Below, piece by piece: positions 20,546-30,363 of a DNA stretch of 64,000 nt. The position numbers and the translations under genes were made by a program. This DNA is from Chitinophaga pinensis (lineage in GTDB: Bacteria > Bacteroidota > Bacteroidia > NS11-12g > UBA955): assembly GCA_945863965.1 (NCBI GenBank), contig CAMBBZ010000001.1, forward strand, positions 199 through 64,198, written 5' to 3'. Positions within the stretch are counted from its first letter, which is position 1, and every line of letters begins with the position of its first letter. Under the pieces are notes generated by a model. It was not told where the DNA came from and did not search any database. It worked only from the letters and a program-made list of their open reading frames with translations.

Positions 20546-22642
20546 TTAACCGTTTACTTTTTTAAGAACTTCTTCAGCGATTGCCTTTGGCGTTTCAGCA
20601 AAATGACTGAACTCCATAGAACTGTTCGCACGTCCTGAGGTAATGGTACGCAACGTGGTTACATAACCAAACATTTCACTTAAAGGCACTTTAGCCTTTA
20701 CAACTTGAGCACCACCACGCTCGTCCATACCTTCTAATTGACCACGACGGCGATTTAAATCACCCATCACATCACCGGTATTTTCGTCGGGAGTTACTAC
20801 TTCCAATTTCATTATTGGTTCAAGCAATATAGGTCCACAATTACGCGCTGCATGTCGGAATCCTTGTTTAGCCGCTACTTCAAACGACAACGAATCCGAG
20901 TCAACCGCGTGGAATGAACCGTCAAACAAACGAACCTTAATTTTGTCGATTGCATAACCAGCTAGTACTCCATTGCGCATGGCAATTTTAAAACCTTTTT
21001 CAACGGAAGGGATAAATTCACGTGGAATTGATCCCCCTACTACTTCGTTCACGAATTGTAATCCTTCGCCTTCGAATGTAGCATCGGCTGGACCGATTTC
21101 AAACTGGATATCGGCAAATTTACCACGTCCACCCGTTTGCTTTTTGTATGTTTCGCGGTGCGAAAAATTCTTCGTTAATGCTTCTTTGTAATTTACCTGA
21201 GGCGCTCCTTGGTTACATTCAACCTTGAATTCTCTTCTCAAGCGATCTACGATAATATCAAGGTGTAACTCACCCATACCCGAGATGATCGTTTGACCTG
21301 TCTCTTCGTCGGTGCGCACACGGAATGTGGGATCTTCTTCGGCCAGCTTGTTCAATGCCATACCTAATTTGTCGGTATCGGCTTGGGTTTTAGGCTCAAT
21401 AGCCAAACCAATAACAGGCTCTGGGAATACCATACTTTCCAAAATGATTGGGTGTTTCTCATCGCACAAGGTATCCCCTGTTTTGATGTCTTTGAAACCA
21501 ACCACTGCACCAATATCACCTGCACCTAATTGATCGATAGGATTTTGCTTATTGGCATGCATTTGGAAAATACGAGAAATACGTTCTTTATTACCCGTAC
21601 GCATGTTCAACACATAGGAACCTGCATCTAACTTACCTGAGTAGGCGCGTATGAAACACAAACGACCTACGTAAGGATCTGTAGCAATTTTAAAGGCCAA
21701 AGCCGCAAACGGCTCGCTATAAGCTGGCTGACGTTCTTCTTCTTTCTCCGTATCGGGGTGTGTACCCACAATTGCGTCGATATCCAAAGGACTTGGCATC
21801 AATTCCATAACCATATCGAGCATGGTTTGTACGCCTTTGTTCTTAAATGAAGAACCGCACATCATGGGAACCAATTTCAAATCGATTACGGCTTTACGTA
21901 AACAATCAAGAATTTCGCGCTCGGTGATGCTGGTAGGATCTTCGAAGAATTTGGCCATGATATTTTCATCATAATCAGATACCGCTTCGAGTAATTTCTC
22001 TCTCCACTCGGTAGCTTCTTCAACCATATCTTCTGGAATTGGAATTTCTTTGAATGTCATTCCGTAGTTCTCTTCATCCCAAATAATACCTCGGAAATTG
22101 ATTAAATCTACCACACCAGTGAATTTGTCTTCAGCACCAATTGGCAATTGAAGGGGAACTGCGTTGCTACCCAACATTGATTTAACTTGGGAAACCACGT
22201 TCAAAAAATCTGCTCCAGAACGGTCCATTTTATTAACGAATCCAATCCGTGGAACTTTATAATTGTCGGCTAGGCGCCAGTTTGTTTCGGACTGAGGTTC
22301 AACACCATCAACCGAACTAAACAAAAACACTAGGCCATCCAAGACACGTAATGAGCGATTTACCTCTACGGTAAAGTCAACGTGACCTGGTGTGTCAATA
22401 ATATTAATATGGTAATCATGATCACGATAATTCCAAGATACAGTTGTTGCAGCAGAGGTAATGGTAATACCACGCTCTTGCTCTTGAGCCATCCAATCCA
22501 TGGTAGCTCCTCCGTCGTGTACCTCACCAATCTTGTGATTTACTCCGGCGTAGAACAAAATGCGTTCCGTAGTGGTTGTTTTTCCGGCATCGATGTGCGC
22601 GGCAATTCCAATGTTTCTTGTGTATTTTAAATCGCGTGCCAT
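20546..22642 (-). CDS. fusA: elongation factor G
   Basis: 698 aa with the GTPase G1 motif AHIDAGKTT. Confidence 0.95.
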   Translation of the reverse strand: MARDLKYTRNIGIAAHIDAGKTTTTERILFYAGVNHKIGEVHDGGATMDWMAQEQERGITITSAATTVSWNYRDHDYHINIIDTPGHVDFTVEVNRSLRVLDGLVFLFSSVDGVEPQSETNWRLADNYKVPRIGFVNKMDRSGADFLNVVSQVKSMLGSNAVPLQLPIGAEDKFTGVVDLINFRGIIWDEENYGMTFKEIPIPEDMVEEATEWREKLLEAVSDYDENIMAKFFEDPTSITEREILDCLRKAVIDLKLVPMMCGSSFKNKGVQTMLDMVMELMPSPLDIDAIVGTHPDTEKEEERQPAYSEPFAALAFKIATDPYVGRLCFIRAYSGKLDAGSYVLNMRTGNKERISRIFQMHANKQNPIDQLGAGDIGAVVGFKDIKTGDTLCDEKHPIILESMVFPEPVIGLAIEPKTQADTDKLGMALNKLAEEDPTFRVRTDEETGQTIISGMGELHLDIIVDRLRREFKVECNQGAPQVNYKEALTKNFSHRETYKKQTGGRGKFADIQFEIGPADATFEGEGLQFVNEVVGGSIPREFIPSVEKGFKIAMRNGVLAGYAIDKIKVRLFDGSFHAVDSDSLSFEVAAKQGFRHAARNCGPILLEPIMKLEVVTPDENTGDVMGDLNRRRGQLEGMDERGGAQVVKAKVPLSEMFGYVTTLRTITSGRANSSMEFSHFAETPKAIAEEVLKKVNG

Positions 22643-22657
22643 GTTGTATTCGTTTTT

Positions 22658-23128
22658 TTAAGCTCTAAAATGTGAGAATGCTTTGTTGGCTTCAGCCATT
22701 TTATGGGTATCTTCTTTTTTCTTCACAGACGCACCTTCACTTTTCGAAGCGGCGATGATTTCTGCGGCCAATTTTTCAGGCATGCTCTTTTCGTTACGAC
22801 GGCGGGCATATCCGATTAACCATTTCATTCCTTGTGCTACTTTTCTCTTTTGGGGAATTTCGGTAGGAATCTGGAAAGTAGCACCTCCAACACGGCGGGC
22901 TTTAACTTCTACAGATGGCATAACATTGTTCATGGCTTTTCTCCATGTTTCAATTCCGGGCTCTTCGGTGATTTTTTTCTCAACGATATCGAGTGCGGTG
23001 TAAAAAATACTTAGTGACGTAGATTTCTTTCCGTCGTACATCATCCCGTTAACGAAACGTGTTACCATCACATCGTTGAACTTGGGATCGGGTGCGAGTA
23101 TGCGTTTTTTAGCGCGCGATTTTCTCAT
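22658..23128 (-). CDS. rpsG: 30S ribosomal protein S7
   Basis: 156 aa at the S7 position. Confidence 0.95.
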   Translation of the reverse strand: MRKSRAKKRILAPDPKFNDVMVTRFVNGMMYDGKKSTSLSIFYTALDIVEKKITEEPGIETWRKAMNNVMPSVEVKARRVGGATFQIPTEIPQKRKVAQGMKWLIGYARRRNEKSMPEKLAAEIIAASKSEGASVKKKEDTHKMAEANKAFSHFRA

Positions 23129-23131
23129 GGT

Positions 23132-23512
23132 TTATTTTTTTGCTTTTGGCTTTTTAGTTCCGTACTTACTTCTACGCTGGTTACGACCGTCTACTCCTGC
23201 TGTGTCTAAGGCGCCACGAACAATATGGTAACGAACACCAGGTAAATCTTTTACCCTTCCACCACGCACCAACACGATGCTGTGCTCTTGAAGGTTATGA
23301 CCTTCTCCCGGAATATAAGCATTCACTTCTTTTCCGTTGGTCAAACGCACACGAGCCACTTTTCTCAAAGCCGAATTCGGCTTCTTAGGTGTCGTTGTGT
23401 ATACACGGGTACAAACCCCTCTTCTCTGAGGACATGAATCCAAAGCTGGAGACTTACTCTTAGTCTCGATTACTTTACGTCCCTTTCTAATTAACTGTTG
23501 AATAGTAGGCAT
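23132..23512 (-). CDS. rpsL: 30S ribosomal protein S12 (start re-assigned to [13 protein letters not shown])
   Basis: Canonical S12 N-terminus. The track's extension MPSFLGKN is not expected. Confidence 0.95.
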   Translation of the reverse strand: MPTIQQLIRKGRKVIETKSKSPALDSCPQRRGVCTRVYTTTPKKPNSALRKVARVRLTNGKEVNAYIPGEGHNLQEHSIVLVRGGRVKDLPGVRYHIVRGALDTAGVDGRNQRRSKYGTKKPKAKK

Positions 23513-23533
23513 ATTTTTTCCCAAAAAGGACGG

Positions 23534-23567
23534 CAAAATTACACTTATTTTTTATCAATATCAACAG
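23534..23567 (-). promoter_or_regulatory. putative Bacteroidota sigma-A-type promoter for the str/S10/spc/alpha super-operon (-33 TTG, 20-nt spacer, -7 TAATTTTG)
   Basis: On the minus strand, gTTGatattgataaaaaataagtgTAATTTTG ends about 22 nt upstream of the rpsL ATG. It matches the TTG/TAnnTTTG consensus of Bacteroidota promoters. Confidence 0.35.
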
Positions 23568-23748
23568 CATGCGAAAAAAAAATCGGTTTTTATCTTAAAC
23601 CGACGTTTTGCGATAACCAAAAACTGGCCGTTATGATCGCTTCCCCAGAATAAAAACACCTAATTCGTGCCGGTAACATGACTATATTTGTATAATCAAA
23701 GCAACCTTGACCGCAAACATACGTCTAATAAGTAAGCCTTTTACCGAT

Positions 23749-24912
23749 ATGAAATCATTTATCCCTCTATTTCACCCTGTTGGGTCTATTCGCACGTTTG
23801 TTTTTCTCTTATTATCGAGTGTTACGGCCTTACAAAGTCAAAATCCCGATGAATCCAAACCGGGTATTTATTACCGAGAGCGCGAACACAATTTTGGAGA
23901 GCTACAAGAAAACATCCATTTTGCCACCCACCGATTTGAGTTTGTTAACCGCACTCCCAAACCCGTAATTGTAAACAGGGTTGAATCGAGCTGCGGTTGT
24001 ACCGCTCCAAGTTGGAGCAGTGAGCCCGTGGCACCCGGAGAAAAAGGCTTTATAGAAGCCCGTTACGAAACCACCAATCGTTTGGGCAAATTCGACAAAA
24101 CCCTTACCGTTTACACCAATTCCCCACACACCCCTATTTCATACTTGGCCATCAAGGGTGATGTATTGCGACCTGTAGAGCCCAAAAGCAATTATATTCC
24201 CCCGGCTGTAGGCCGCCTCGACTTTGATAAATACCAAATCAGCTTTGAACCCCTGCTCGATAATCAAACCGCCATGAAAGAAATTAAAGTGGTCAATGCA
24301 TCGGCTTACAGTTCTATGTTGTATCTCGTGGCGCCTGAAAACATCCCTCCCTATGCTAAAATAACCTATCCGAAATCGTTAGAACCTAACGAAATTGGGA
24401 GAATCCAAATTTCTATTGATGGCAAGACCGCCCCAGGTTACGGATTTGGCAGTTTTGAAGTCGCCCTGCAATCCAACGCCCCAGGCTCTACGCTTACCTC
24501 CCTTCAAGTTAGTTACGTTAGGTCTCAGTACTTCCCCGAATTGAGCAAAAAGCAGCTTAAACGTGCTCCTAAGATGCTCATTGAGCCAGTTTCCTATGAC
24601 TTTGGACCTCAAACAGGATCCGGAGGGTTCCTAAATGGAAGTTTCATATTGAAAAACAGCGGAAAGGAGCCCCTTGAAATCAAACAAATAAATCCCGATT
24701 GTCCGTGCATAGCCGTGAATGACTTCCCCCGAACCATTGCATCGGGCAAGGAAGTAGAAATGAAATTCAAATTCGACACTGTTACCAAAACGGGTGCTAA
24801 AGGCATTGGTATACGCATAGTTACAAACGATCCCCGCGAGCCGGAGCGTTACATTTGGGTGAAAGCCCAATTCCCTGCGAAATATGAGTATAAATGTCCT
24901 ACTTGCCCGTAA
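23749..24912 (+). CDS. DUF1573-family secreted protein with two DUF1573-like repeats (Cys motifs SSCGCTAPSW and NPDCPCIAVN)
   Basis: Start taken at MKSFIPLF..., giving a signal peptide. The CGCT-type motifs are repeated twice, and the C-terminus ends with a CPTCP cysteine cluster. Confidence 0.65.
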   Translation: MKSFIPLFHPVGSIRTFVFLLLSSVTALQSQNPDESKPGIYYREREHNFGELQENIHFATHRFEFVNRTPKPVIVNRVESSCGCTAPSWSSEPVAPGEKGFIEARYETTNRLGKFDKTLTVYTNSPHTPISYLAIKGDVLRPVEPKSNYIPPAVGRLDFDKYQISFEPLLDNQTAMKEIKVVNASAYSSMLYLVAPENIPPYAKITYPKSLEPNEIGRIQISIDGKTAPGYGFGSFEVALQSNAPGSTLTSLQVSYVRSQYFPELSKKQLKRAPKMLIEPVSYDFGPQTGSGGFLNGSFILKNSGKEPLEIKQINPDCPCIAVNDFPRTIASGKEVEMKFKFDTVTKTGAKGIGIRIVTNDPREPERYIWVKAQFPAKYEYKCPTCP

Positions 24913-24924
24913 TGCTCCGTTAAA

Positions 24925-25638
24925 TTAACGGAGATTGTGGTATACGTTTTGCACGTCGTCGTCGCCTTCGAGGCGCTCCACAAGATCTAAAACTTCTTGG
25001 GCTTGCTCTTCGGTAAGGTCCACATACGAATTGGGAACGTACTGCAATTCGGCATTGGCAATGATACCCAGATCTTCCAATTGCTTTTGCATGAGTCCGA
25101 AATCGACAAAACTCGTGTACACGTAAATGTCTTCGTCGTCGATGGCAAAATCTTCTAATCCCGAGTCTATTAATTCGAATTCGAATTCGTCAAGATCTTC
25201 GTATGAAAGGGTATTTTTGGCAATTTTAAAAACGCCTTTGCGAGTAAAATTAAAGTCAAGCGAGCCGGTTTTCCCTAAAGCCCCGCCGCCTTTATTAAAG
25301 TGCATCCTTACGTTCGCAACGGTGCGGGTATTGTTGTCGGTTGCTGTTTCTACGACAACCCCGACGCCATGGGGCGCATATCCTTCGAAGCGTACTTCAT
25401 CGTAATTGCCTTCGGATTTACTAAGCGCTCTTTTGATTGCGGCCTCTACCCGATCCTTGGGCATATTTACCGCTTTGGAATTTTGAATGGCTACGCGTAA
25501 ACGGGGATTGTTATCTGGATTTTCGCCAGACATCTTCACGGCAATCGCGATTTCTTTTCCCAACTTCGTAAACTGCTTCGCCATTCGGTCAAAGCGGGCA
25601 AACATTTTATGTTTGCGTTTTTCAAACATCCTTCCCAT
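24925..25638 (-). CDS. YebC/PmpR-family protein
   Basis: 237 aa. MGRMFEKRKHKMFARFDRMAKQFTKLGKEIAIAVK and the length are typical of YebC. Confidence 0.85.
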   Translation of the reverse strand: MGRMFEKRKHKMFARFDRMAKQFTKLGKEIAIAVKMSGENPDNNPRLRVAIQNSKAVNMPKDRVEAAIKRALSKSEGNYDEVRFEGYAPHGVGVVVETATDNNTRTVANVRMHFNKGGGALGKTGSLDFNFTRKGVFKIAKNTLSYEDLDEFEFELIDSGLEDFAIDDEDIYVYTSFVDFGLMQKQLEDLGIIANAELQYVPNSYVDLTEEQAQEVLDLVERLEGDDDVQNVYHNLR

Positions 25639-25732
25639 AGCTGCAAAAATATTGCTTTTTGAGATACGCGGAGTTTAATTTTTATAACCAACGGAACACC
25701 GAAGTGTTCGTTGCGTATAAAAATCGGGCTGT

Positions 25733-26695
25733 TTATTCAAAATTGGAGGGTACTTCCATCGCCGTTAATCCTTCTAACCTGCCGTTGGTTAAACGAACTT
25801 GATCGTTGAGGGCAATAAAACGTCGTAATAATTCGCTCAATTCAGTTCCATGCTCTTGGAGTATGGCCGGGATTAAACTTTTCCGGGGATGCATGTTGGG
25901 CATCGTGTTGATATCCAAAATGTACATGCTACCCATGTATTCACGAACATCGACTCTCGACATATAATGTAGTCCAAAGGTATTGTGCGACATTACAGCG
26001 GCGGCTTGGAGATCACGCAGCATTTCATCGGTTAACTGAGGATGAAAGTCGCGCTGGGTGGTACCAAAAGCACTTCCAGCAATGAATACATCGCGTGCAG
26101 GAAAAGGCACAATTTCTACAGGGGGCAATACTTCATACCCGTTGCCGTCTGCTTTGGGAATTACCCCCACTGAAAACTCACGTCCAATCAGGTACGGTTG
26201 TAGCAAAATATCGCTATCCAAACCCATTTCTAATCGCAATTTCGCCTCTTCGGCATCCATGATTTCGATACCTCTATGACAGCCTCCAAAACGGGGTTTT
26301 TGGATATAACTACCGGTGCTTATTGCGGAGGGTTGCACCAAAGAAATGGGAGTTCTAACGCCTTTTTCTAAGAGCAATTCTTCTACGGCTTTCTTATCTT
26401 GCGCTAAGAGTTGGGCTTCCCCACAACTGCTTAAATGATTGATTTCATTGGCATCTAACCAAGAAGCCACTTCTGCTTGGTTATAGTTTTCGAATCCGTA
26501 ACACAAATTCACCACATAATCGGCTTGACGCAACAGATCGGCCAACTCATCGCAGGGCTGCATCATGTGCACCACTAGGATCTCGTAATGCTCCTGCAGG
26601 GCGAGGGCAAACGAATGCACGGTATCGAAATCAATGTTTTCTTTCCAAGGGGTATACCGACTTTCGGCATACAGAATTGCAACGGTGGCTTTCAT
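25733..26695 (-). CDS. ATP-grasp domain protein (D-alanine--D-alanine ligase-like fold)
   Basis: Start re-assigned to MKATVAILYAE, which is preceded by a -7-like TATATTTG 17 nt upstream. The DKKAVEELLLEKGVRTP block resembles the Ddl ATP-grasp domain. Confidence 0.6.
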   Translation of the reverse strand: MKATVAILYAESRYTPWKENIDFDTVHSFALALQEHYEILVVHMMQPCDELADLLRQADYVVNLCYGFENYNQAEVASWLDANEINHLSSCGEAQLLAQDKKAVEELLLEKGVRTPISLVQPSAISTGSYIQKPRFGGCHRGIEIMDAEEAKLRLEMGLDSDILLQPYLIGREFSVGVIPKADGNGYEVLPPVEIVPFPARDVFIAGSAFGTTQRDFHPQLTDEMLRDLQAAAVMSHNTFGLHYMSRVDVREYMGSMYILDINTMPNMHPRKSLIPAILQEHGTELSELLRRFIALNDQVRLTNGRLEGLTAMEVPSNFE

Positions 26696-26777
26696 AAAAG
26701 GGGCGCAAATATATCGCAACTTCGGGCGTATTTATTCGGGGGAAATTAAATTTACTTAAAGAATATGTTATACTTCT

Positions 26778-28127
26778 CTACAAAAGCGTGTTGGCTAGAT
26801 TGGCAAGGGCACTTCGCTCTCCTTTTTCTAGGGCTACATGGGCATACAACGACTGTCCTTTCATGCGGTCGATTAAAAAAGACAGCCCGTTTGATTCCGT
26901 ATCCAAATAAGGGGTATCAATTTGGTTAATATCGCCTGTAAATACGATTTTGGTCCCCTCACCTGCTCTGGAGATTATGGTTTTCACCTCTAATGGAGTT
27001 AAATTCTGAGATTCGTCTACGATGAATATGATGTTCGAAAAGCTACGACCGCGAATAAAGGCTAAAGGGGTCACCAATAATTTTTCATTCTCGACCATTT
27101 CCTTGATTCGTTGAAAGTCTTTTGAATTTTCCTTGAATTGGTTTTGAATTAATTTCAGATTATCCCAAAGTGGCTCCATGTAAGGTTGAACCTTCTGTTG
27201 GGCATCACCCGGCAAGTATCCAATATCTTTATTATTTAAAGGAACGATTGGGCGAGCCAAATAAATTTGAACAAACTCGTTTTTTTGAGCTAGCGCACAA
27301 GCCAAGGCCAATAATGTTTTTCCCGTACCTGCCACCCCCTGAATCGTTACCAATTGAACTGCAGGATTTAATAATGCGTGCATAGCAAAAGCTTGTTCTG
27401 CATTTTTGGGCTTAATTCCGAAAGCCAATTTCTTTTCTACTTTTTCGATGTGTTCAGATTCCGGATTATAATAGGCTAAAATAGAATTTTTTTCATTGCG
27501 CAGAATTATGTAGTGATTGGCAAGCGGTGCCGAAGGAAATACCCGCTGATACGGAATTGTATGTAATTTGTGCAATTCATCAATGACTTCCGAATCGTCT
27601 AATTCGACTTGGGTAATTCCGCGATACAATTTATCGACATCTTTAATTTTACCCGTTTGATAGTCTTCCGCAAATAAATTCAGACTCCGAGCTTTCAATC
27701 TGAGATTCGTATCCTTGGTAACGAGAATTACTTTTTTATCGGCATGTAGTTTTGACAAATGTAGGGCCGCATTCAGAATTAGGTGATCGGCTTTACGGTC
27801 ACCAAAAACTTTTGTTGCATCTAACTCATGGGGAAATCCGGTGTCCATTACGACCCGAAAAAATGAGTTTCTCGTCTTGTCGATACAAACCCAATCATTA
27901 AGTGCGTTTCCTTCTGAAAGGTTATCGATAAAACGAATAAACTGCCGTGCTTCAAAATTTATGGACTCATTGCCTTTTTTAAATTGGTCTAATTCCTCCA
28001 GAACCGTGATAGGTATTGCTACATCGTGTTCTTGGAAATTAGTAACCGCTTGATGATCAAATAAAATTACTGAGGTATCCAACACAAAAATCTTTTTTGG
28101 GTTCTTTGTACTTGCTTTTTTGACCAT
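26778..28127 (-). CDS. PhoH-like ATPase with N-terminal PIN domain (YlaK type)
   Basis: 449 aa. The N-terminus FVLDTSVIL...ELD is PIN-like, followed by the Walker A motif GVAGTGKTLLALA. Confidence 0.8.
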   Translation of the reverse strand: MVKKASTKNPKKIFVLDTSVILFDHQAVTNFQEHDVAIPITVLEELDQFKKGNESINFEARQFIRFIDNLSEGNALNDWVCIDKTRNSFFRVVMDTGFPHELDATKVFGDRKADHLILNAALHLSKLHADKKVILVTKDTNLRLKARSLNLFAEDYQTGKIKDVDKLYRGITQVELDDSEVIDELHKLHTIPYQRVFPSAPLANHYIILRNEKNSILAYYNPESEHIEKVEKKLAFGIKPKNAEQAFAMHALLNPAVQLVTIQGVAGTGKTLLALACALAQKNEFVQIYLARPIVPLNNKDIGYLPGDAQQKVQPYMEPLWDNLKLIQNQFKENSKDFQRIKEMVENEKLLVTPLAFIRGRSFSNIIFIVDESQNLTPLEVKTIISRAGEGTKIVFTGDINQIDTPYLDTESNGLSFLIDRMKGQSLYAHVALEKGERSALANLANTLL

Positions 28128-28293
28128 AAATCAAATTTAATGAATCGATTTCAACCCACATAAAGCGATTGTTATCATAATGTTAGGATTCGAATATCCT
28201 CATTTTAATTAGGCATCACCTCAAAATCAAGGTGCTTAATATACGTGGTTTACGGCCTGAAAATCGGTATTGAATCGACGATGCAATCCTCGC

Positions 28294-28310
28294 CTTTGCA
28301 GATTGCAAAG
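28294..28310. promoter_or_regulatory. 17-bp perfect palindrome ctttgca-gat-tgcaaag upstream of the thiolase gene; a tttgcaaa half-site is repeated at 28343-28350
   Basis: Read directly in the sequence, about 42 bp upstream of the thiolase ATG. Confidence 0.3.
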
Positions 28311-28351
28311 CGAGTTAAATGCATTCGTAAATTTTTAACGAACTTTGCAAA

Positions 28352-29557
28352 ATGAATTCGGTATATATAGTAGATATTGTGCGCACAGCGGTTGGAAAAT
28401 TTGGCGGTACACTCGCATCGGTTAGACCTGATGATTTAGCGGGTATGGTTATAAAGGGACTCGTAGACCGCAACGCCGGCATTGATTGGTCCGACGTAGA
28501 CGATATAATCTTTGGCGCTGCCAACCAGGCCGGTGAAGACAATCGAAATGTGGCCCGTATGGCCTCATTGCTGGCTGGCTTACCTCTTAGCGTTCCGGGT
28601 TACACCGTAAATCGCTTATGTGCTTCAGGATTGCAATCTATGCAAAATGCATACATGGCTATAAAGAGCGGAGAGGCACACATGATTCTTGCGGGCGGTA
28701 CGGAAAGTATGACGCGTGCGCCATTCGTAATGGCCAAAGCCGAAAGCGCATTTTCACGCACCCCAGAAATTCACGATACCACTATTGGATGGAGATTTAC
28801 CAATCCAGGATTGTCTAAATTACACCATCCCTTTTCGATGGGAGAAACCGCAGAGAACGTAGCCGAAAAGTGGAATATCAGTCGTGAACGACAAGACCGT
28901 TTCGCCTTGTCCTCACAAGAAAAATGGCTTGCCGCTCAAGAAAAAGGGGCATTTAAAAATGAAATCATCCCCGTTGAAATTCCCCAAAGAAAAAAAGACC
29001 CTATCATTTTCAATACAGACGAACATCCCCGTTTAAGTTCTTTCGAAACCCTTGCTGAATTGAAACCTGCTTTCCGTGAAAATGGCACCGTTACGGCAGG
29101 AAACGCTTCGGGCATTAACGACGGGGCCGCTTGCGCCTTGTTGGTGAGTGAAGAAATGCTGAAACGATATCAATTAACCCCTATGGCGCGGATTGTAAGC
29201 TTCGGGGTTGCCGGTGTAGATCCTGCGTACATGGGCATTGGACCCGTGCCCGCTACTCAAAACGCGTTAAAGAAAGCCGGACTGACCATTCAAGACATGG
29301 ATATAATGGAATTGAACGAAGCCTTTGCCGCCCAGGTATTGGCGAGTATGGATGAATTAGGCGCTGATCCGAGCAAGGTGAACTTAAACGGCGGCAGTAT
29401 CGCTATAGGACACCCCTTGGGCGCCAGTGGCACCCGTATAACCGCTACCCTATTGCACCAAATGAAATCACAATCGCAGTACAAGTATGGTTTGGCTACC
29501 ATGTGTATCGGAGTAGGACAAGGATCTGCCATTATCTTCGAAAATCTGAATCGATAA
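28352..29557 (+). CDS. acetyl-CoA C-acyltransferase (thiolase II / 3-ketoacyl-CoA thiolase)
   Basis: 401 aa with the N-terminal active-site Cys region NRLCASGLQSM and the C-terminal GLATMCIGVGQG block. Confidence 0.9.
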   Translation: MNSVYIVDIVRTAVGKFGGTLASVRPDDLAGMVIKGLVDRNAGIDWSDVDDIIFGAANQAGEDNRNVARMASLLAGLPLSVPGYTVNRLCASGLQSMQNAYMAIKSGEAHMILAGGTESMTRAPFVMAKAESAFSRTPEIHDTTIGWRFTNPGLSKLHHPFSMGETAENVAEKWNISRERQDRFALSSQEKWLAAQEKGAFKNEIIPVEIPQRKKDPIIFNTDEHPRLSSFETLAELKPAFRENGTVTAGNASGINDGAACALLVSEEMLKRYQLTPMARIVSFGVAGVDPAYMGIGPVPATQNALKKAGLTIQDMDIMELNEAFAAQVLASMDELGADPSKVNLNGGSIAIGHPLGASGTRITATLLHQMKSQSQYKYGLATMCIGVGQGSAIIFENLNR

Positions 29558-30285
29558 TGTCGCGGTATCGTTTGGATTTGCAATTCGATGGCACCGATTT
29601 TCACGGATGGCAAATCCAACCCAGTGCCCACAGTGTGGAGGCCGAGGTTGAGAACGCCCTATTCACCTTGTTGCAAGTACCTATTGATTTAATTGGGTGC
29701 GGTCGCACCGATACCGGCGTACACGCCTCATTTTACACCGCTCATTTCGATACTGATTTACCCATCGACGCCATAAACCTGATGTATAAATTGCAAAAAA
29801 TACTTCCCCCAAGTATTGCAATTATCGCAATAGGTCCCGTAAGCAATGAATTTCACGCCCGATTTTCGGCCATTTCACGTTCCTATATCTACCGAATCAT
29901 CCACAATAAGGATCCTTTTAAAACCCGTTACGCCTATTTGTTTTTAGGGAAACTAGACCTTGATCTTATGAATGCATCTTGTAAAGACCTCATGGGAACA
30001 CATGAGTTCTCAGCATTTTGCAAAGGACAGCCTTCGACAGACCATTACAGATGTAATGTTAGCCAAGCCCATTGGAAACAGATAGAAAACGGATTGGAAT
30101 TTCACATCAGCGCCAACCGTTTTTTACGTAATATGGTTCGGGCTATTGTGGGCACCCAACTTGATATTGGAACAGGTAAAATGAACCTCGAAGAGCACCG
30201 AAAACTGATCGCCGAAGGACGTCGTTCAGATGCCGGCAAATCCGTACCGGCGCATGGCCTAACCCTTAGCGACGTAAATTATTAA
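29557..30285 (+). CDS. truA: tRNA pseudouridine(38-40) synthase
   Basis: Start re-assigned to MSRYRLDLQFDGTDFHGWQIQP, which has a 1-nt overlap (TAATG) with the thiolase stop. The catalytic Asp motif GCGRTDTGVHA is present. Confidence 0.9.
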   Translation: MSRYRLDLQFDGTDFHGWQIQPSAHSVEAEVENALFTLLQVPIDLIGCGRTDTGVHASFYTAHFDTDLPIDAINLMYKLQKILPPSIAIIAIGPVSNEFHARFSAISRSYIYRIIHNKDPFKTRYAYLFLGKLDLDLMNASCKDLMGTHEFSAFCKGQPSTDHYRCNVSQAHWKQIENGLEFHISANRFLRNMVRAIVGTQLDIGTGKMNLEEHRKLIAEGRRSDAGKSVPAHGLTLSDVNY

Positions 30286-30363
30286 TCTACACCTGCAAGG
30301 TTCACATTCCGTCAAATCGGTACCGGCGCATGGCCTAACCCTTAGCGACGTAAACTATTAATC
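30237..30363. repeat. tandem direct duplication of the truA 3' end: 51-bp copies at 30237-30287 and 30313-30363, 3 mismatches
   Basis: caaatcCgtaccggcgcatggcctaacccttagcgacgtaaaTtattaatc versus caaatcGgtaccggcgcatggcctaacccttagcgacgtaaaCtattaatc. Confidence 0.8.

Noticed and set aside
25690-25730. Hairpin caacggaacac-cgaa-gtgttcgttg between the ATP-grasp gene and yebC as a terminator
   Set aside because: The stem is imperfect (one bulge) and lacks a following U-tract on the transcribed strand. It may be a weak attenuator, but it is not convincing enough to list as a feature.
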